Shown piece after piece: positions 20,163 to 30,040 of a DNA stretch of 64,000 nucleotides. The position numbers were made by a program, and so were the translations under genes. Source of the stretch: Candidatus Eiseniibacteriota bacterium (GTDB taxonomy: Bacteria; Eisenbacteria; RBG-16-71-46; CAVPCR01). The notes under the pieces were generated by a model that was not told where the DNA came from, made no database searches, and saw only the letters and a list, made by a program, of their open reading frames with translations. The stretch's first letter is position 1, and each line of letters starts with the position of its first letter. The DNA lies in NCBI GenBank assembly GCA_963702435.1, contig CAVPCR010000004.1:576001-640000 (forward strand). Reading direction: 5' to 3'.

Positions 20163-20927
20163 GTGAGCGAAACGCGGCCGGCGGTGCCGGGTGTCCTGCG
20201 CACCGCCTCGATCCTCATCGTCGGTGACGAGATCCTGAGCGGCGAGGTGGCCGACGAGAACGCCGCCTACATCGCCCGCCGCCTGACCGCGCTCGGGCTC
20301 AAGGTGTGCGCGATCCGGGTCGTGCCCGATCAGATGCCCGCGATCATCGCCGCGCTCGCCGAAGGGCGGGCCGAGCACGATCTCGTCTTCGTCACCGGCG
20401 GCATCGGTCCGACCCACGACGATCTGACGCGGCAGGCGGTGGCGGCGGCGCTCGCCGTCGACTGCGAGCGCCATGCCGAGGCGGAGAGCCGGCTCCGCGC
20501 CGGCTACGGCCACGTGATCACCGACTCCGAGCTCGCGATGGCCGATCTACCGCGCGGCTCGCATCTCCTCCTCGGCACGCGCACGGGTGCCTTCGGCTTC
20601 GGCGTCGGGCCCTACCATGTGCTGCCGGGGATTCCGGCCCTCCTCCGCGACATCCTGGATCACCTGACCGCCGACTGGGCGCCGGCCGCCTACTTCCGCG
20701 ACGAGATCGTGACGCGGCTGCGCGAGGGGCATCTCGCCGACGGCCTGCGCGCGATCCAGGACGCCGTCCCGGCGGTGGCCATCGGCTCCTATCCGGTGAA
20801 GACTGCCGACGGATATCGCGTGCGCATCGTGCTCCGCGCGCGCGACGAGGCGAGCCTCGCCCGCGTGCGCGGACAGGTGAGCGCGCTCATCGCCGCCGCC
20901 GAGTCGGGGACCGCGCTGCCGGGGTGA
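20163..20927 (+). CDS. Molybdopterin-binding/CinA N-terminal-like protein
   Basis: IVGDEILSG...DEN, TGGIGPTHDDLT, LPGIP and IGSYP motifs. Confidence 0.85.
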   Translation: MSETRPAVPGVLRTASILIVGDEILSGEVADENAAYIARRLTALGLKVCAIRVVPDQMPAIIAALAEGRAEHDLVFVTGGIGPTHDDLTRQAVAAALAVDCERHAEAESRLRAGYGHVITDSELAMADLPRGSHLLLGTRTGAFGFGVGPYHVLPGIPALLRDILDHLTADWAPAAYFRDEIVTRLREGHLADGLRAIQDAVPAVAIGSYPVKTADGYRVRIVLRARDEASLARVRGQVSALIAAAESGTALPG

Positions 20928-21065
20928 GCTTCGCGCCATGGGGGAGCTCGACCTCGCGGTGTTTCGGGCCGAGCGGCTCCGCCGCCGGCCGTCTCGAGCG
21001 AGCGCGCGCCGCGGGACAGGAGTGGCTCCGCGCGCGCGAATAGACTTCGCGCGCGCGGCCGGTGA

Positions 21066-21497
21066 TCACTCGGTCTTGGCCTCGTCGCCAAAGAGCTCCT
21101 GTGCCTTCTGGCGCAGGCGCTCCTTCGCCGATTCGACGTCCCGGAGCGCGTCGCGCAGCCGCTCGAGCTCATCGGCCCGCATCTTGAGCCCCTCGCGGAT
21201 GAAGAGCGCGGCCGCCTCCGAGCGGCTCTTGACTGCACCCGTCTCCACCCAGGCATCGAGCGCCTGGCTCGTCTTCTCATCCACGCGTACCATGACCACC
21301 TGGTCGCGCGGGTTCTTCTCCATCTCGCGGACCGACTCGCGGAGTCCCGGTGCGACGCAGACGACCTTGATGCGCGTCGGGCCGTCAGTCTCGGTCGAGG
21401 TCTCGAGATTCCCGGTCATGTCGATGTCGATCCCCTTGGCGCGGAGCTTCTCCTGCACCATCTTGAGGATGCTCGCGACGTCCTTGACGTCGCCCAT
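21066..21497 (-). CDS. Ribbon-helix-helix domain protein with C-terminal coiled coil
   Basis: VVMVRVDEKTSQALDAWVETGAVKSRSEAAALFIREGL fits the RHH pattern; ATG follows the upstream stop (TGAcATG). Confidence 0.7.
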   Translation of the reverse strand: MGDVKDVASILKMVQEKLRAKGIDIDMTGNLETSTETDGPTRIKVVCVAPGLRESVREMEKNPRDQVVMVRVDEKTSQALDAWVETGAVKSRSEAAALFIREGLKMRADELERLRDALRDVESAKERLRQKAQELFGDEAKTE

Positions 21498-21498
21498 G

Positions 21499-21705
21499 TC
21501 AGCAGCACTCCCCGGCGCCGTGGCGCTGGCGGCCGCCCAGGTCGAGGCAGATGCACACCCGGGCCGGGCTCTTGTCTCCGGCAACGAGCACCTCCTCGGG
21601 CGGAGTCGTGCAGCAGGCGAGGTCGCCCCTCTCGGACTTGCTCTCGATACTCCGGAGAGCGTCGACGATCGCCGCGGCCACCTTGCTGAGCTTCTCTTCG
21701 GTCAT
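21499..21705 (-). CDS. Small Cys-rich hypothetical protein (68 aa)
   Basis: GGGAGG RBS; MTEEKLSKVAAAIVDALRSIE...ACCTT...VCICLD...GECC; coupled to the RHH gene. Confidence 0.6.
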   Translation of the reverse strand: MTEEKLSKVAAAIVDALRSIESKSERGDLACCTTPPEEVLVAGDKSPARVCICLDLGGRQRHGAGECC

Positions 21706-21842
21706 GGCTACCTGTACCTCCCTTCTGCTGAGCGTTGGATTACCGATACGCATTACAGATTACGCTAAGCGCAGGTGGGAGGTTTCACTTTCTCCAGAAG
21801 CCGGTCGAGTTCTTCAAGTATTTATTTAACAGTTACTTGCAG

Positions 21843-22325
21843 TCACACATCGGGAGCGACGCGCTTCCGGAGGTAGACGATGTCGGCTCCGGTCTCGTAG
21901 CCGGCGCCTCGGAAGAGGGAGAGGGAGGCATCGTTCGCCCCCTCCACGAGGGCGGCGACGATCAGGGCCCCGCGAGCCATGAGGCGCTCCTCGACCGCCG
22001 CGAGGAGGCGGGCAGCGAGCCCGCGCCGGCGGCAGCGGGGATCGACCGCGAGGCGGTTCACCCAGCCCTTCTGGCGGCCGTCGATCGAGCCGAGCACGGT
22101 CCCGACGAGCTCGCCTTCGTACTGGGCGCCGAGGAAGAGGTCGCCTGCCGCCGCGATCTGCGCGGCGAGCGCGTCCGGGCGATCGCGACCGGCGGGGCGA
22201 TGCGGGAGCCCGGCGGCGCGCCACAGGGCGAGGATCGCATCGACGTCCGTGGCCGCAAGCGGGCGGATCGCGATCGCGGGCGCGCCCGCCGGCGCCGGTC
22301 GGTCTCTGCGACCGGTCCCGCTCAC
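21843..22325 (-). CDS. GNAT family acetyltransferase
   Basis: RLAVDPRCRRRGLA acetyl-CoA motif; GTG overlaps the upstream stop (GTGA). Confidence 0.85.
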   Translation of the reverse strand: MSGTGRRDRPAPAGAPAIAIRPLAATDVDAILALWRAAGLPHRPAGRDRPDALAAQIAAAGDLFLGAQYEGELVGTVLGSIDGRQKGWVNRLAVDPRCRRRGLAARLLAAVEERLMARGALIVAALVEGANDASLSLFRGAGYETGADIVYLRKRVAPDV

Positions 22326-23395
22326 TCGACCCAATCGGCGATGAAGATGTTGGTCTCGTGCGTCGCCTGGCTCGTCCGGTTCGAGCCCCACACGAGCCGC
22401 TTCCCGTCCGGGCTCCACATCGGGAAGCCGTCGAAGGCTGGCGCGGTCGTCACCCGCTCGAGACCGCTGCCGTCCGCATTGATCATGTAGAGGTCGAACT
22501 CGCGGGACTTGGGGTCGTCCATGTTCGACGAGAAGATGATCTTCTTCCCGTCCGGGCTCATGAACGGACAGAAGTTCGCCTTGCCGTTCTGTGTGAGCTG
22601 CTTCTTGCCGCTGCCGTCGGCGTTCATGATGCAGATCTCGAGCGTGGTCGGCCGGATCAGCCCGTCGGCCATGAGCTCCTTGAAGTCGGCGATCTTCTCG
22701 GGCTCGGCCGGATGGTGCGATCGGTAGACGATCTGCTTTCCGTCGGCCGAGAAGAAGGCGCCACCGTCGTAGCCGATCTCGGTCGTGAGCCGGCGTACGT
22801 TCTTGCCGTCCGGCGACATGGTGTAGAGATCGAGATCGCCGTCGCGCACCGAGGTGAAGACGATGGTGCCGTCGGGACCGACCGTGGCCTCGGCGTCGTA
22901 GCCGGGAGTGTCGGTCAGGCGCTGCAGGCCCGAGCCGTCCGGGGCGCAGGTGAAGAGATCGTAGCCGTGGTAGATCGGCCACACGTAGCCCCGGGAGAAG
23001 TCCGGGGTCGGCGGGCAGGCAGGGTCCGCGAGATGGGTCGATGCATAGATGATCCGCTTCCCGTCAGGCATGAAGTAGGAGCAGGTCGTGCGCCCGCGCC
23101 CGGTCGAGGCCAGGCGGAGTTCGCTGCCGTCCGTCTTCATCGTGAAGATCTGATCGCAGCGGATCGAGTCGCGAGTCGACTGGAAGACGAGCCACTTCCC
23201 GTCGAAGGAGAAATAGGCCTCGGCGTTCTCGCCGCCGAAGGTGAGCTGGCGGATGTTGGCGAGGTGGCGCTCGCCCGGGTAGGGGCCGAGCTGGTCCGTG
23301 GCCGGGGCGGCGGGCGGGTCGGCGGCGAGAGCCGCCACCGGCCACAGAACGATCGTCGCGAGGAGAGCTGCGCTCAGGCGCAGGAAGTGACTCAT
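22322..23395 (-). CDS. TolB-like PD40 beta-propeller protein, secreted
   Basis: Signal peptide; repeated (F/W/M)S(P/F/A)DGK motifs; ATGA overlap with the upstream gene. Confidence 0.88.
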   Translation of the reverse strand: MSHFLRLSAALLATIVLWPVAALAADPPAAPATDQLGPYPGERHLANIRQLTFGGENAEAYFSFDGKWLVFQSTRDSIRCDQIFTMKTDGSELRLASTGRGRTTCSYFMPDGKRIIYASTHLADPACPPTPDFSRGYVWPIYHGYDLFTCAPDGSGLQRLTDTPGYDAEATVGPDGTIVFTSVRDGDLDLYTMSPDGKNVRRLTTEIGYDGGAFFSADGKQIVYRSHHPAEPEKIADFKELMADGLIRPTTLEICIMNADGSGKKQLTQNGKANFCPFMSPDGKKIIFSSNMDDPKSREFDLYMINADGSGLERVTTAPAFDGFPMWSPDGKRLVWGSNRTSQATHETNIFIADWVE

Positions 23396-24326
23396 GCCGA
23401 TGGCTCCTTGTTCGGTTGGGCGGCCGGCGATCTGCCGACCGCATCCACCGACGCGCGCAAGGCGGCGATGTGGGCGGGCGTCGTGCCGCAGCAGCCGCCG
23501 ACGATCTGCGCTCCGGCCAGCACCCAGGCGGCGGCGCACCGCCCGAACTCGGCGGGCGTCAGGGCGGCTCCCGGCTCCCGGCCGCCGGGCTCCGGGTAGC
23601 CGATGTTGGCATAAGCTCCGACCGGCGTCGAGCCGGCCAGGGCGCGGAGCGCGACGAGGACCCGCCCGATCACCTCGACCGGGGTGCAGTTGACGAGGAC
23701 GGCCGCGGGGCCGGCGGCGAGGAGCGCCGGGACGAAGGTCGCGAGCGGCTCGCCGTCGAAGAGGTCGGCGTTCGCACCGGCGATGAAGCTCGCGAGCACC
23801 GGGAGCCCGGTGGCCCGCGCCGCCCCGACCGCGGCCACCGCTTCGCGCCGGGTGTTCATGGTCTCGATGAGGAGCGCATCCACGCCGGCGCGGGCCAGGT
23901 TCTCGGCATGCGCGGCGTGCTCGCGGTCGAGTGCGGCGGCGTCGGGGACGAGATCGGGACGGTAGCAGTCCTCGAGCGGCGCCATCGAGCCGAGGACGAA
24001 CACGTGGCGCTCGCCGGGCGCTTCCCGCGCCGCAGTGCGCGCGAGTTCGACGGCGAGCGCGGTCAGCTCGGCGGCGCGCCCCCCCCGCCGGCCGGCGCCA
24101 GCGCGCGGCGCGTGGTGCGGAAGGTGGCGGTGGTCAGACCATCGGCGCCCGCGGCCACGTACTCGCGATGGATCGCGAGCACCGCGGCGGGCGCCCGGAG
24201 GAGCGCGCTCGCGGTCCAGGCGGGAAGCGGAGTCGCCACCCCGCGCCGCTCGAGCTCGGTGCCCATCGCCCCATCGAGGACCAGCGCCCGCCCGGCGGCG
24301 AGTCGTGCGGCGAACGTTCCCGCCAT
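23392..24326 (-). CDS. Homocysteine S-methyltransferase family protein (frameshift near 24080)
   Basis: N-part LDGAMGTEL...HREYVAAGAD and C-part ETMN...VNC...YAN...GGCCGTTP lie in different frames, joined near a C8 run at 24079-24086. Confidence 0.85.
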
Positions 24327-24334
24327 CCCGGTCC

Positions 24335-26224
24335 TCACTCCTCGGGCGAGGTCCCCTCGTACATGGCGTCGATCACCGCCTTGAACTTCTCGCTGATCGC
24401 CTTCCGCTTGAGCTTCAAGGTCGGCGTGAGCTCGCCCTCCGCCACCGAGAAATCGTGATCGATGAGCGCGATGCGTTTGATCCGCTCGTGGGGCGCGAAC
24501 TCCCTGGCCACCTGGTCCACCTCGGCCTTGACGCGGGCGATGAGCCGGGCGTCGCGACAGAGCGTCGCATCCTCGGCGGCGCTCACGCCCATGCGCTCCG
24601 CCTCGGCGCGGAGCGCGGTGAAGTCGGGCACGATGAGCGCGGTCGGGAACTTGCGCTGGTCGGCGATCATGATCACTTCGGAGATGAGCGGGCTCTGCTT
24701 CAGCCGGTTCTCGATCGGGGCCGGGGAGATGTTCTTGCCGGTCGCGGAGATGATGATGTCCTTCTTGCGGTCGGTGATCGAGAGGAAGCCGTCGGCGTCG
24801 AACACGCCGATGTCCCCGGTGTGGAACCAGCCGTCCGGGTCGATCACCTCGCGGGTGGCGAGATCGTCGCGCCAGTAGCCGCGCATGACGTGAGGGCCGC
24901 GCGTCAGGATCTCGCCGTCGTCGGCGAGGCGGACCTCGATCCCGGGGACGGTCTTCCCGACCGTGCCGAGACGAAGATGGCGGAGCGTGTTGACCGCGAT
25001 CACCGGCGACGTCTCGGTGAGCCCGTAGCCCTCGAGCACGCAGAGCCCGCACGAGTGGAAGAAGCGCGCCACCGGCGGCGGCAACGGGGCGCCGCCCGTG
25101 ATCAGGAGGCGCGCCCGACCGCCGAAGCGCGCCTGCACCTTCTTCCAGACGAGCCGTTCGGCGAGCGCGCACTGGAGGGCGAGGAGCGGATCGCGGGAGC
25201 GGCCCGCCATCCGGCGCTCGGCCGCCCGCCAGCCCACGTCGAGCGCCCAGCGGAAGAGCCGGCGCCGCTGTTCCGGCATCTTGGCGAGCATGACCATCAT
25301 GCGGCTGTAGGCCTTCTCGTAGAGCCGCGGCACGCCGACCAGCATGGTAGGTCGCACTTCCGGCAGGTCCTGCACCACAGTCTCCACCGACTCCGCGTAG
25401 GCGATCGTCGCGCCTTGGTGGAGCATGGCGAACTGCCCGCCCGTACGTTCGAGGACATGGCTGAGCGGCAGGAAGGACAGGCAGACGTCGCGCGGCCCGA
25501 AGTCCATGATCTCGACCAGCGAGCGCACGTTCGACAGAAGATTGCCGTGGCTCAGCATGACGCCCTTCGGCACGCCCGTCGTTCCCGAGGTGTAGATGAT
25601 GGTCGCCAGGTCGTTCGGCTGCGCCGCGAGCGCCAGCTCGCGATGGCGGTCGGGCGCGGTGCGTCCGAAGTCGTCGCCGCGCGCCATCAGGCCTTCGAAG
25701 GTGATCATGTGCGCGACCTCGCGCGTCGGCAATTCGAAGGGCACGACGTGCGCGAGATCCGGCAGCTGGCTCCGGATCTTCTCCACCTTCTCGAGCTGGG
25801 AGGCGGTCGAGACGAAGAGCACCTTCATCCCCGAGTTCTTGAGCTGGAACTCCATCTGGTGCGGGAGGAGCGTCGGGTACACGGGAACGCTGACTGCTCG
25901 CGCGGTGAGGATGGCGATGTCGGCGATCGCCCACTCGAGCCGGTTCTCGGAGAGGATGCCGATCCGGTCTCCGGGCGCGATGCCGAGTGAGAGGAGGCCG
26001 AGGCTCACCCGCTCGACCTGGCGCGCGAACTCGGCGTGCGACACATCCACCCAGCGGCGGTCGCGTTTGACGCGGAAGGCATCGGGCTTCCGGTAGCGCT
26101 CGACCGCGGCGAAGACGAGGTGGTTGAGGGTCGTCGCCGTGAGGAGCCGGTCCTGGTTCGCTCCTCGCCGGAGCTGGTTCGCGCCGCTCTGATCGTGGTT
26201 CGTGCCACTCTGGTCCTGGTTCAC
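24335..26224 (-). CDS. Long-chain fatty acid--CoA ligase
   Basis: YTSGTTGVPKG, EGYGLTETSP, WFHTGDIG, ITDRKKD and ELTPTLKLKR motifs; GTG start at 26224. Confidence 0.93.
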   Translation of the reverse strand: MNQDQSGTNHDQSGANQLRRGANQDRLLTATTLNHLVFAAVERYRKPDAFRVKRDRRWVDVSHAEFARQVERVSLGLLSLGIAPGDRIGILSENRLEWAIADIAILTARAVSVPVYPTLLPHQMEFQLKNSGMKVLFVSTASQLEKVEKIRSQLPDLAHVVPFELPTREVAHMITFEGLMARGDDFGRTAPDRHRELALAAQPNDLATIIYTSGTTGVPKGVMLSHGNLLSNVRSLVEIMDFGPRDVCLSFLPLSHVLERTGGQFAMLHQGATIAYAESVETVVQDLPEVRPTMLVGVPRLYEKAYSRMMVMLAKMPEQRRRLFRWALDVGWRAAERRMAGRSRDPLLALQCALAERLVWKKVQARFGGRARLLITGGAPLPPPVARFFHSCGLCVLEGYGLTETSPVIAVNTLRHLRLGTVGKTVPGIEVRLADDGEILTRGPHVMRGYWRDDLATREVIDPDGWFHTGDIGVFDADGFLSITDRKKDIIISATGKNISPAPIENRLKQSPLISEVIMIADQRKFPTALIVPDFTALRAEAERMGVSAAEDATLCRDARLIARVKAEVDQVAREFAPHERIKRIALIDHDFSVAEGELTPTLKLKRKAISEKFKAVIDAMYEGTSPEE

Positions 26225-26309
26225 GCCTCGGTGGTACCACGGTCCCGGCGCCGGTGGCAAGGGCCGGGCGCGGGCCCCGGATCCGACCTCCGGATGGCGC
26301 CGGTCGCCG

Positions 26310-26338
26310 TTGACACCCGGGGGCCCATGGCCGAGAGT
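26310..26338 (+). promoter_or_regulatory. Putative sigma70 promoter
   Basis: TTGACA-N17-GAGAGT. Confidence 0.45.
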
Positions 26339-26364
26339 CCGCCCACCCTGCCCCCCGGCTGCCG

Positions 26365-26805
26365 GTGCCAGCGGAGCGTCGCGCAGCCCGACCGATCACC
26401 GCGGAGCCACGATCCTTGACCCGAGTCGAGTTGCCGCCCCCGGCGGAAGAAGGCATCCGCCTGTTCAACGCCGGCTACTTCTTCGAGGCCCACGATGCGC
26501 TCGAGGAGGTGTGGGTCGAGCGGATCGGGCCTGAGAAGACCTTCTACCAGGGGCTCATCCAGGTGGCGGCCGGCCTCTACAAGGCCGGGATGAAGAACCA
26601 GGGCGGCGCCGTGAGCCTGCTGCGGAAGGGTCTCGCCAAGCTGCGCGCGGTCGGTGATCTCGACACCCCCCTCGACCTCGAACGTCTGATCGGCGAGACG
26701 GCGGCGGTCGTCGCCGCGCTCGAGCGGTGCGGGCAGGCCGGGATCGAGGAGTTCGATCTCGGCACGGTGCCGCGCATCCACCGGCGGCCGGCGCCGGAGT
26801 CGTGA
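26365..26805 (+). CDS. DUF309 family protein
   Basis: GIRLFNAGYFFEAHDALEEVW...QGLIQVAAG signature; start uncertain. Confidence 0.85.
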   Translation: MPAERRAARPITAEPRSLTRVELPPPAEEGIRLFNAGYFFEAHDALEEVWVERIGPEKTFYQGLIQVAAGLYKAGMKNQGGAVSLLRKGLAKLRAVGDLDTPLDLERLIGETAAVVAALERCGQAGIEEFDLGTVPRIHRRPAPES

Positions 26806-26839
26806 CAGAAACGCCCGGACAGAGAGAGGAGACGATTCG

Positions 26840-27310
26840 ATGGCCACTCATCTCAAGGTCGGAGACAAGGCGCCCGACTTCGCGCTCAAGTCGCACCTCG
26901 ATACGGAAGTCAGGCTTGCCGATTTCGCCGGCAAGAAGCACGTGATCCTCGTCTTCTATCCGCTCGACTGGAGCCCCGTGTGCAGCGTTCAGATCCCCGA
27001 CTACCAGGCCAACTACGGCGAGTTCAAGCAGCACGGGGTCGAGATCGTCGGGGTGAGCCGCGACAGCCTCTACGCGCACAAGGCATGGAGCAAGGAGCTC
27101 GGCGGCGTCGATTTCCCGCTTCTCTCCGATGTGACCAACGACGTCGCCAGGAAGTACGGCGTGTTCATGGCCGACAAGGGGATCAACGGTCGAGCCATCT
27201 TCGTGATCGACAGGCAGGGTGTCATCCGGCGGATCCACGAGGAGGCCGAGCTCAAGGATCGGCGGACCGCCGACGAGCTCCTCGACATGGTGGCCGCACT
27301 CCCCAAGTGA
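26840..27310 (+). CDS. Peroxiredoxin (1-Cys, AhpC/TSA-AhpE-like)
   Basis: FYPLDWSPVC (PxxxSxxC), GVSRDS and RAIFVID motifs. Confidence 0.9.
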   Translation: MATHLKVGDKAPDFALKSHLDTEVRLADFAGKKHVILVFYPLDWSPVCSVQIPDYQANYGEFKQHGVEIVGVSRDSLYAHKAWSKELGGVDFPLLSDVTNDVARKYGVFMADKGINGRAIFVIDRQGVIRRIHEEAELKDRRTADELLDMVAALPK

Positions 27311-27425
27311 GCGCGCCGCACGTGCGCTCGCATTCGCTTCTCAACCGCCGCTCGCGCGCCGGGATTCACCGCTGCCGCGGGCGGCGGTTGTGCATTCCGC
27401 CGCGACTCACTAGTCTCGGCGTCCG

Positions 27426-28790
27426 GTGAAACCCGAGGTCCTCAAGCGCGCGCTCCGTTTCTCCGTCCTCGACGGCTGCGCCTATGCGTTCATGGCGGGC
27501 GGCGCCGAGTCCTACCTCACCGCCTTTGCCGTACACCTCGGGGTGCCGGCGTTCCAGGTCGGCCTCCTCTCCGCGGTGCCGCAGCTCGTCGGCTCCGGGG
27601 CGCAGCTCGGGACGCCGGCCGGCGTCCGCCTCGTGCGCGGGCTCAAGCGCTGGGTCGTCGGGCTCGCCGCCCTGCAGGCGCTCGTCCTCGCCGCGGTGGC
27701 GCTCGTGCCCCGGTTCGGCGGCGACGCGTTCCTGCCGCTCCTCCTCCTCCTCACGAGCTACTGGACGGTGGTCATCGCCATCGGTCCGGCCTGGACGCAC
27801 TGGATGGCGCTCCTCGTCCCGGCCGCGTTCCGCTCCGCCTACTTCGCGCGGCGGAACCGCTGGGTGCACATCTGCATGTTCGCCGGGCTGGCCGGCGCCG
27901 GGATCGTCCTCCAGCGGACGGCCAGTCTCGGCATCGCCACCGCCGGGTTCATCGCCATCATCCTCTTCGGCGCCGCCATGCGGGTCGTCTCCACGGTCTT
28001 TCTCGGGCTCCAGGCCGGCCCGCCGGCGCGCGAGCTCAAACGCGCCGAGAGCTTCACCGTCTTTCTTAAAAATCTGCGCCAGCGGCGAGAATTTCGTCTC
28101 TTACCCTTCCTGTGGACGATGAACTTCGCGGTGGCGATCGGCGCGCCGTACTTCGTCCCCTACATGCTCAAGGACCTCGGTCTCTCGTACTGGATGTTCA
28201 TGGTCATCAACGGGACCGCGTTCCTCACCAAGTCGCTGACCATGGGCCTGTGGGCCCGGATGGCGCGCCGCCTCGGCGCGCGGCGGACCTTCGCGCTCGC
28301 CGCGCTCCTCATCTCGCCGGGGCCCGCCCTGTGGGCGATCTCCGGGGCGCCGCTCTACCTCTGCTCGCTCCAGGTGCTGGCCGGGTTCGCCTGGGCCGGG
28401 TTCGAGCTCTGCCAGCTCCTTCTCTTCTATGAACTGGTCGAGGAGGAACGGCTCTCCGACGTCTTCAGCTATCACAGCCTCGTCAACGGCTTTGTCATGC
28501 TCGCCGGCACCGCGATCGGAGGCTGGGTGCTCGCACATCCGGTCCTGCTCGACGGCTATCTCCAGATCTTCATCCTGTCGACGCTCGTGCGCGTCTTCCC
28601 GATCATCACCATCTTCCCGACGCTCCGCGGTCTCGCCATCCGCCACGTGAAGCCGCTCCTCCCGGAGATCCGGGTCGCCGGCTTCGTGCCCGAGATCGGC
28701 AGCCGCATCTTCCCGCTCTGGTTCCGCGAGGGGAGGAAGCGCCGCGCGCTCCGGCGGAAGCGCACGCGGCGCGCGCGGCCGGAAGAGTAG
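27426..28790 (+). CDS. MFS transporter
   Basis: About 12 hydrophobic helices in two halves with a central loop. Confidence 0.82.
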   Translation: MKPEVLKRALRFSVLDGCAYAFMAGGAESYLTAFAVHLGVPAFQVGLLSAVPQLVGSGAQLGTPAGVRLVRGLKRWVVGLAALQALVLAAVALVPRFGGDAFLPLLLLLTSYWTVVIAIGPAWTHWMALLVPAAFRSAYFARRNRWVHICMFAGLAGAGIVLQRTASLGIATAGFIAIILFGAAMRVVSTVFLGLQAGPPARELKRAESFTVFLKNLRQRREFRLLPFLWTMNFAVAIGAPYFVPYMLKDLGLSYWMFMVINGTAFLTKSLTMGLWARMARRLGARRTFALAALLISPGPALWAISGAPLYLCSLQVLAGFAWAGFELCQLLLFYELVEEERLSDVFSYHSLVNGFVMLAGTAIGGWVLAHPVLLDGYLQIFILSTLVRVFPIITIFPTLRGLAIRHVKPLLPEIRVAGFVPEIGSRIFPLWFREGRKRRALRRKRTRRARPEE

Positions 28791-28929
28791 TCCGGCGCTC
28801 CTGCGCGCTCCGCCGCCGGCTGGGTCAACGCGCGATGCGGCCGGGTCACTCCTCCCAGTTTGCTCCCGCGCCGCGCAGGGCGGCGCGCGCAAGTGCTTGT
28901 CACTGCGCTCGGCCTTCGCTGTTCCAGCC

Positions 28930-28945
28930 TGGCACGGCGGGTGCA
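28930..28945 (+). promoter_or_regulatory. Putative sigma54 promoter
   Basis: TGGCACGGCGGGTGCA (GG-N10-GC), about 100 nt before ATG 29044. Confidence 0.55.
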
Positions 28946-29043
28946 CAGAGTGGTTCGCGAGGACGCACAGCGTTCGCTCGAGCGCACACGGTCACGGGGA
29001 CCGGGCGCCCGGCGCGACCGCTTTGTGCGCCGGCACCACCTGG

Positions 29044-29370
29044 ATGGAATCGCTGATCAGCCTTCTCTTCCAGATCGAGTCCCTCGAATCGGCCCTCGCT
29101 GGACACCAGGCGCTCGACGCGGATCACGCCCGCGCCGAGCTGACCCTTTGCCTGGCCCAGCTGCCCAAGCCGATCCGCGACCAGTACGAGTGGCTGCGCA
29201 CGTGGACGTGCTATCCGATCGCCCGCCTCCGCAATCGCTCTTGCACCGGGTGCGGGGCCCATTACCCCGAGGACCACGCCTTCGTGGTCGCCAGCGAGAC
29301 CCGCGTCACGTACTGCGAGCACTGCCTGCGCATCCTGCTCATTCGCGATCTCGGCCTGGTGGCGGCGTGA
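29044..29370 (+). CDS. Small C4-type zinc-ribbon protein (zf-RING_7/DUF164-like C-terminus)
   Basis: CTGC...CEHCLRIL preceded by a short helical segment. Confidence 0.65.
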   Translation: MESLISLLFQIESLESALAGHQALDADHARAELTLCLAQLPKPIRDQYEWLRTWTCYPIARLRNRSCTGCGAHYPEDHAFVVASETRVTYCEHCLRILLIRDLGLVAA

Positions 29371-29538
29371 GGCCTTTCGGCCCGTCGCGCCGGGGTGTAC
29401 CATTGTTGTGAGCGCGGAGCCGGGGAATTCCGGCTCCGGTAGTCGAGTCGAGACGGCCTGCACCCGGCCCGAGGGGCGCCCCGTAGTGTGTGGCGCGCCC
29501 GATGGTGGGAGCTGGGTCGTCGGAGGAAGGTAAGCCCA

Positions 29539-29892
29539 ATGTCTCGTGCTGTTCGCCTGTGGATTCTCAGCATCGTGCTCATCATCGTGGCGGCGGGGGC
29601 CGTGCTTCCTCGCGCTATGGCCGGGAACACCAGGGCCAGGAGCGACCCGGAACGCGATGCCCTGCTCGAGGACCTGCGCAACTTCGAGCAAGGCCAGACG
29701 GGTCCCGTGCAGGACGACGTCTTCCATCGTCCTGAGCGGCCCGGCAAGGTCGTCCGCGTCCTTCCGTGGATGGGCCCCGATGGCTCCTACGCCATCGTCG
29801 CCATCACCGAGGTCGGCTGGGTCTATCGCTCCGGCCGCGACCTCTCCGACTGGGTCCTCGTCGGCCGGATCCTCGAAGGCTCGGAGTTCTAG
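29539..29892 (+). CDS. Hypothetical exported protein
   Basis: GGAGG RBS; N-terminal signal/TM segment. Confidence 0.6.
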   Translation: MSRAVRLWILSIVLIIVAAGAVLPRAMAGNTRARSDPERDALLEDLRNFEQGQTGPVQDDVFHRPERPGKVVRVLPWMGPDGSYAIVAITEVGWVYRSGRDLSDWVLVGRILEGSEF

Positions 29893-30040
29893 ACGCGCCG
29901 GGCGGTCCGTCCGGCGTTCCTCGTGCTAGCATCCGCGCAGCGCGCGTGCGCTGCGCGGGTCTGGTTGCCCGGTCGCGCGCGAGCGCGGCCGGGTCTTCGG
30001 TTTTCATCTCCCCTCTCGACCACCCACGAGCGAGGTCCCC

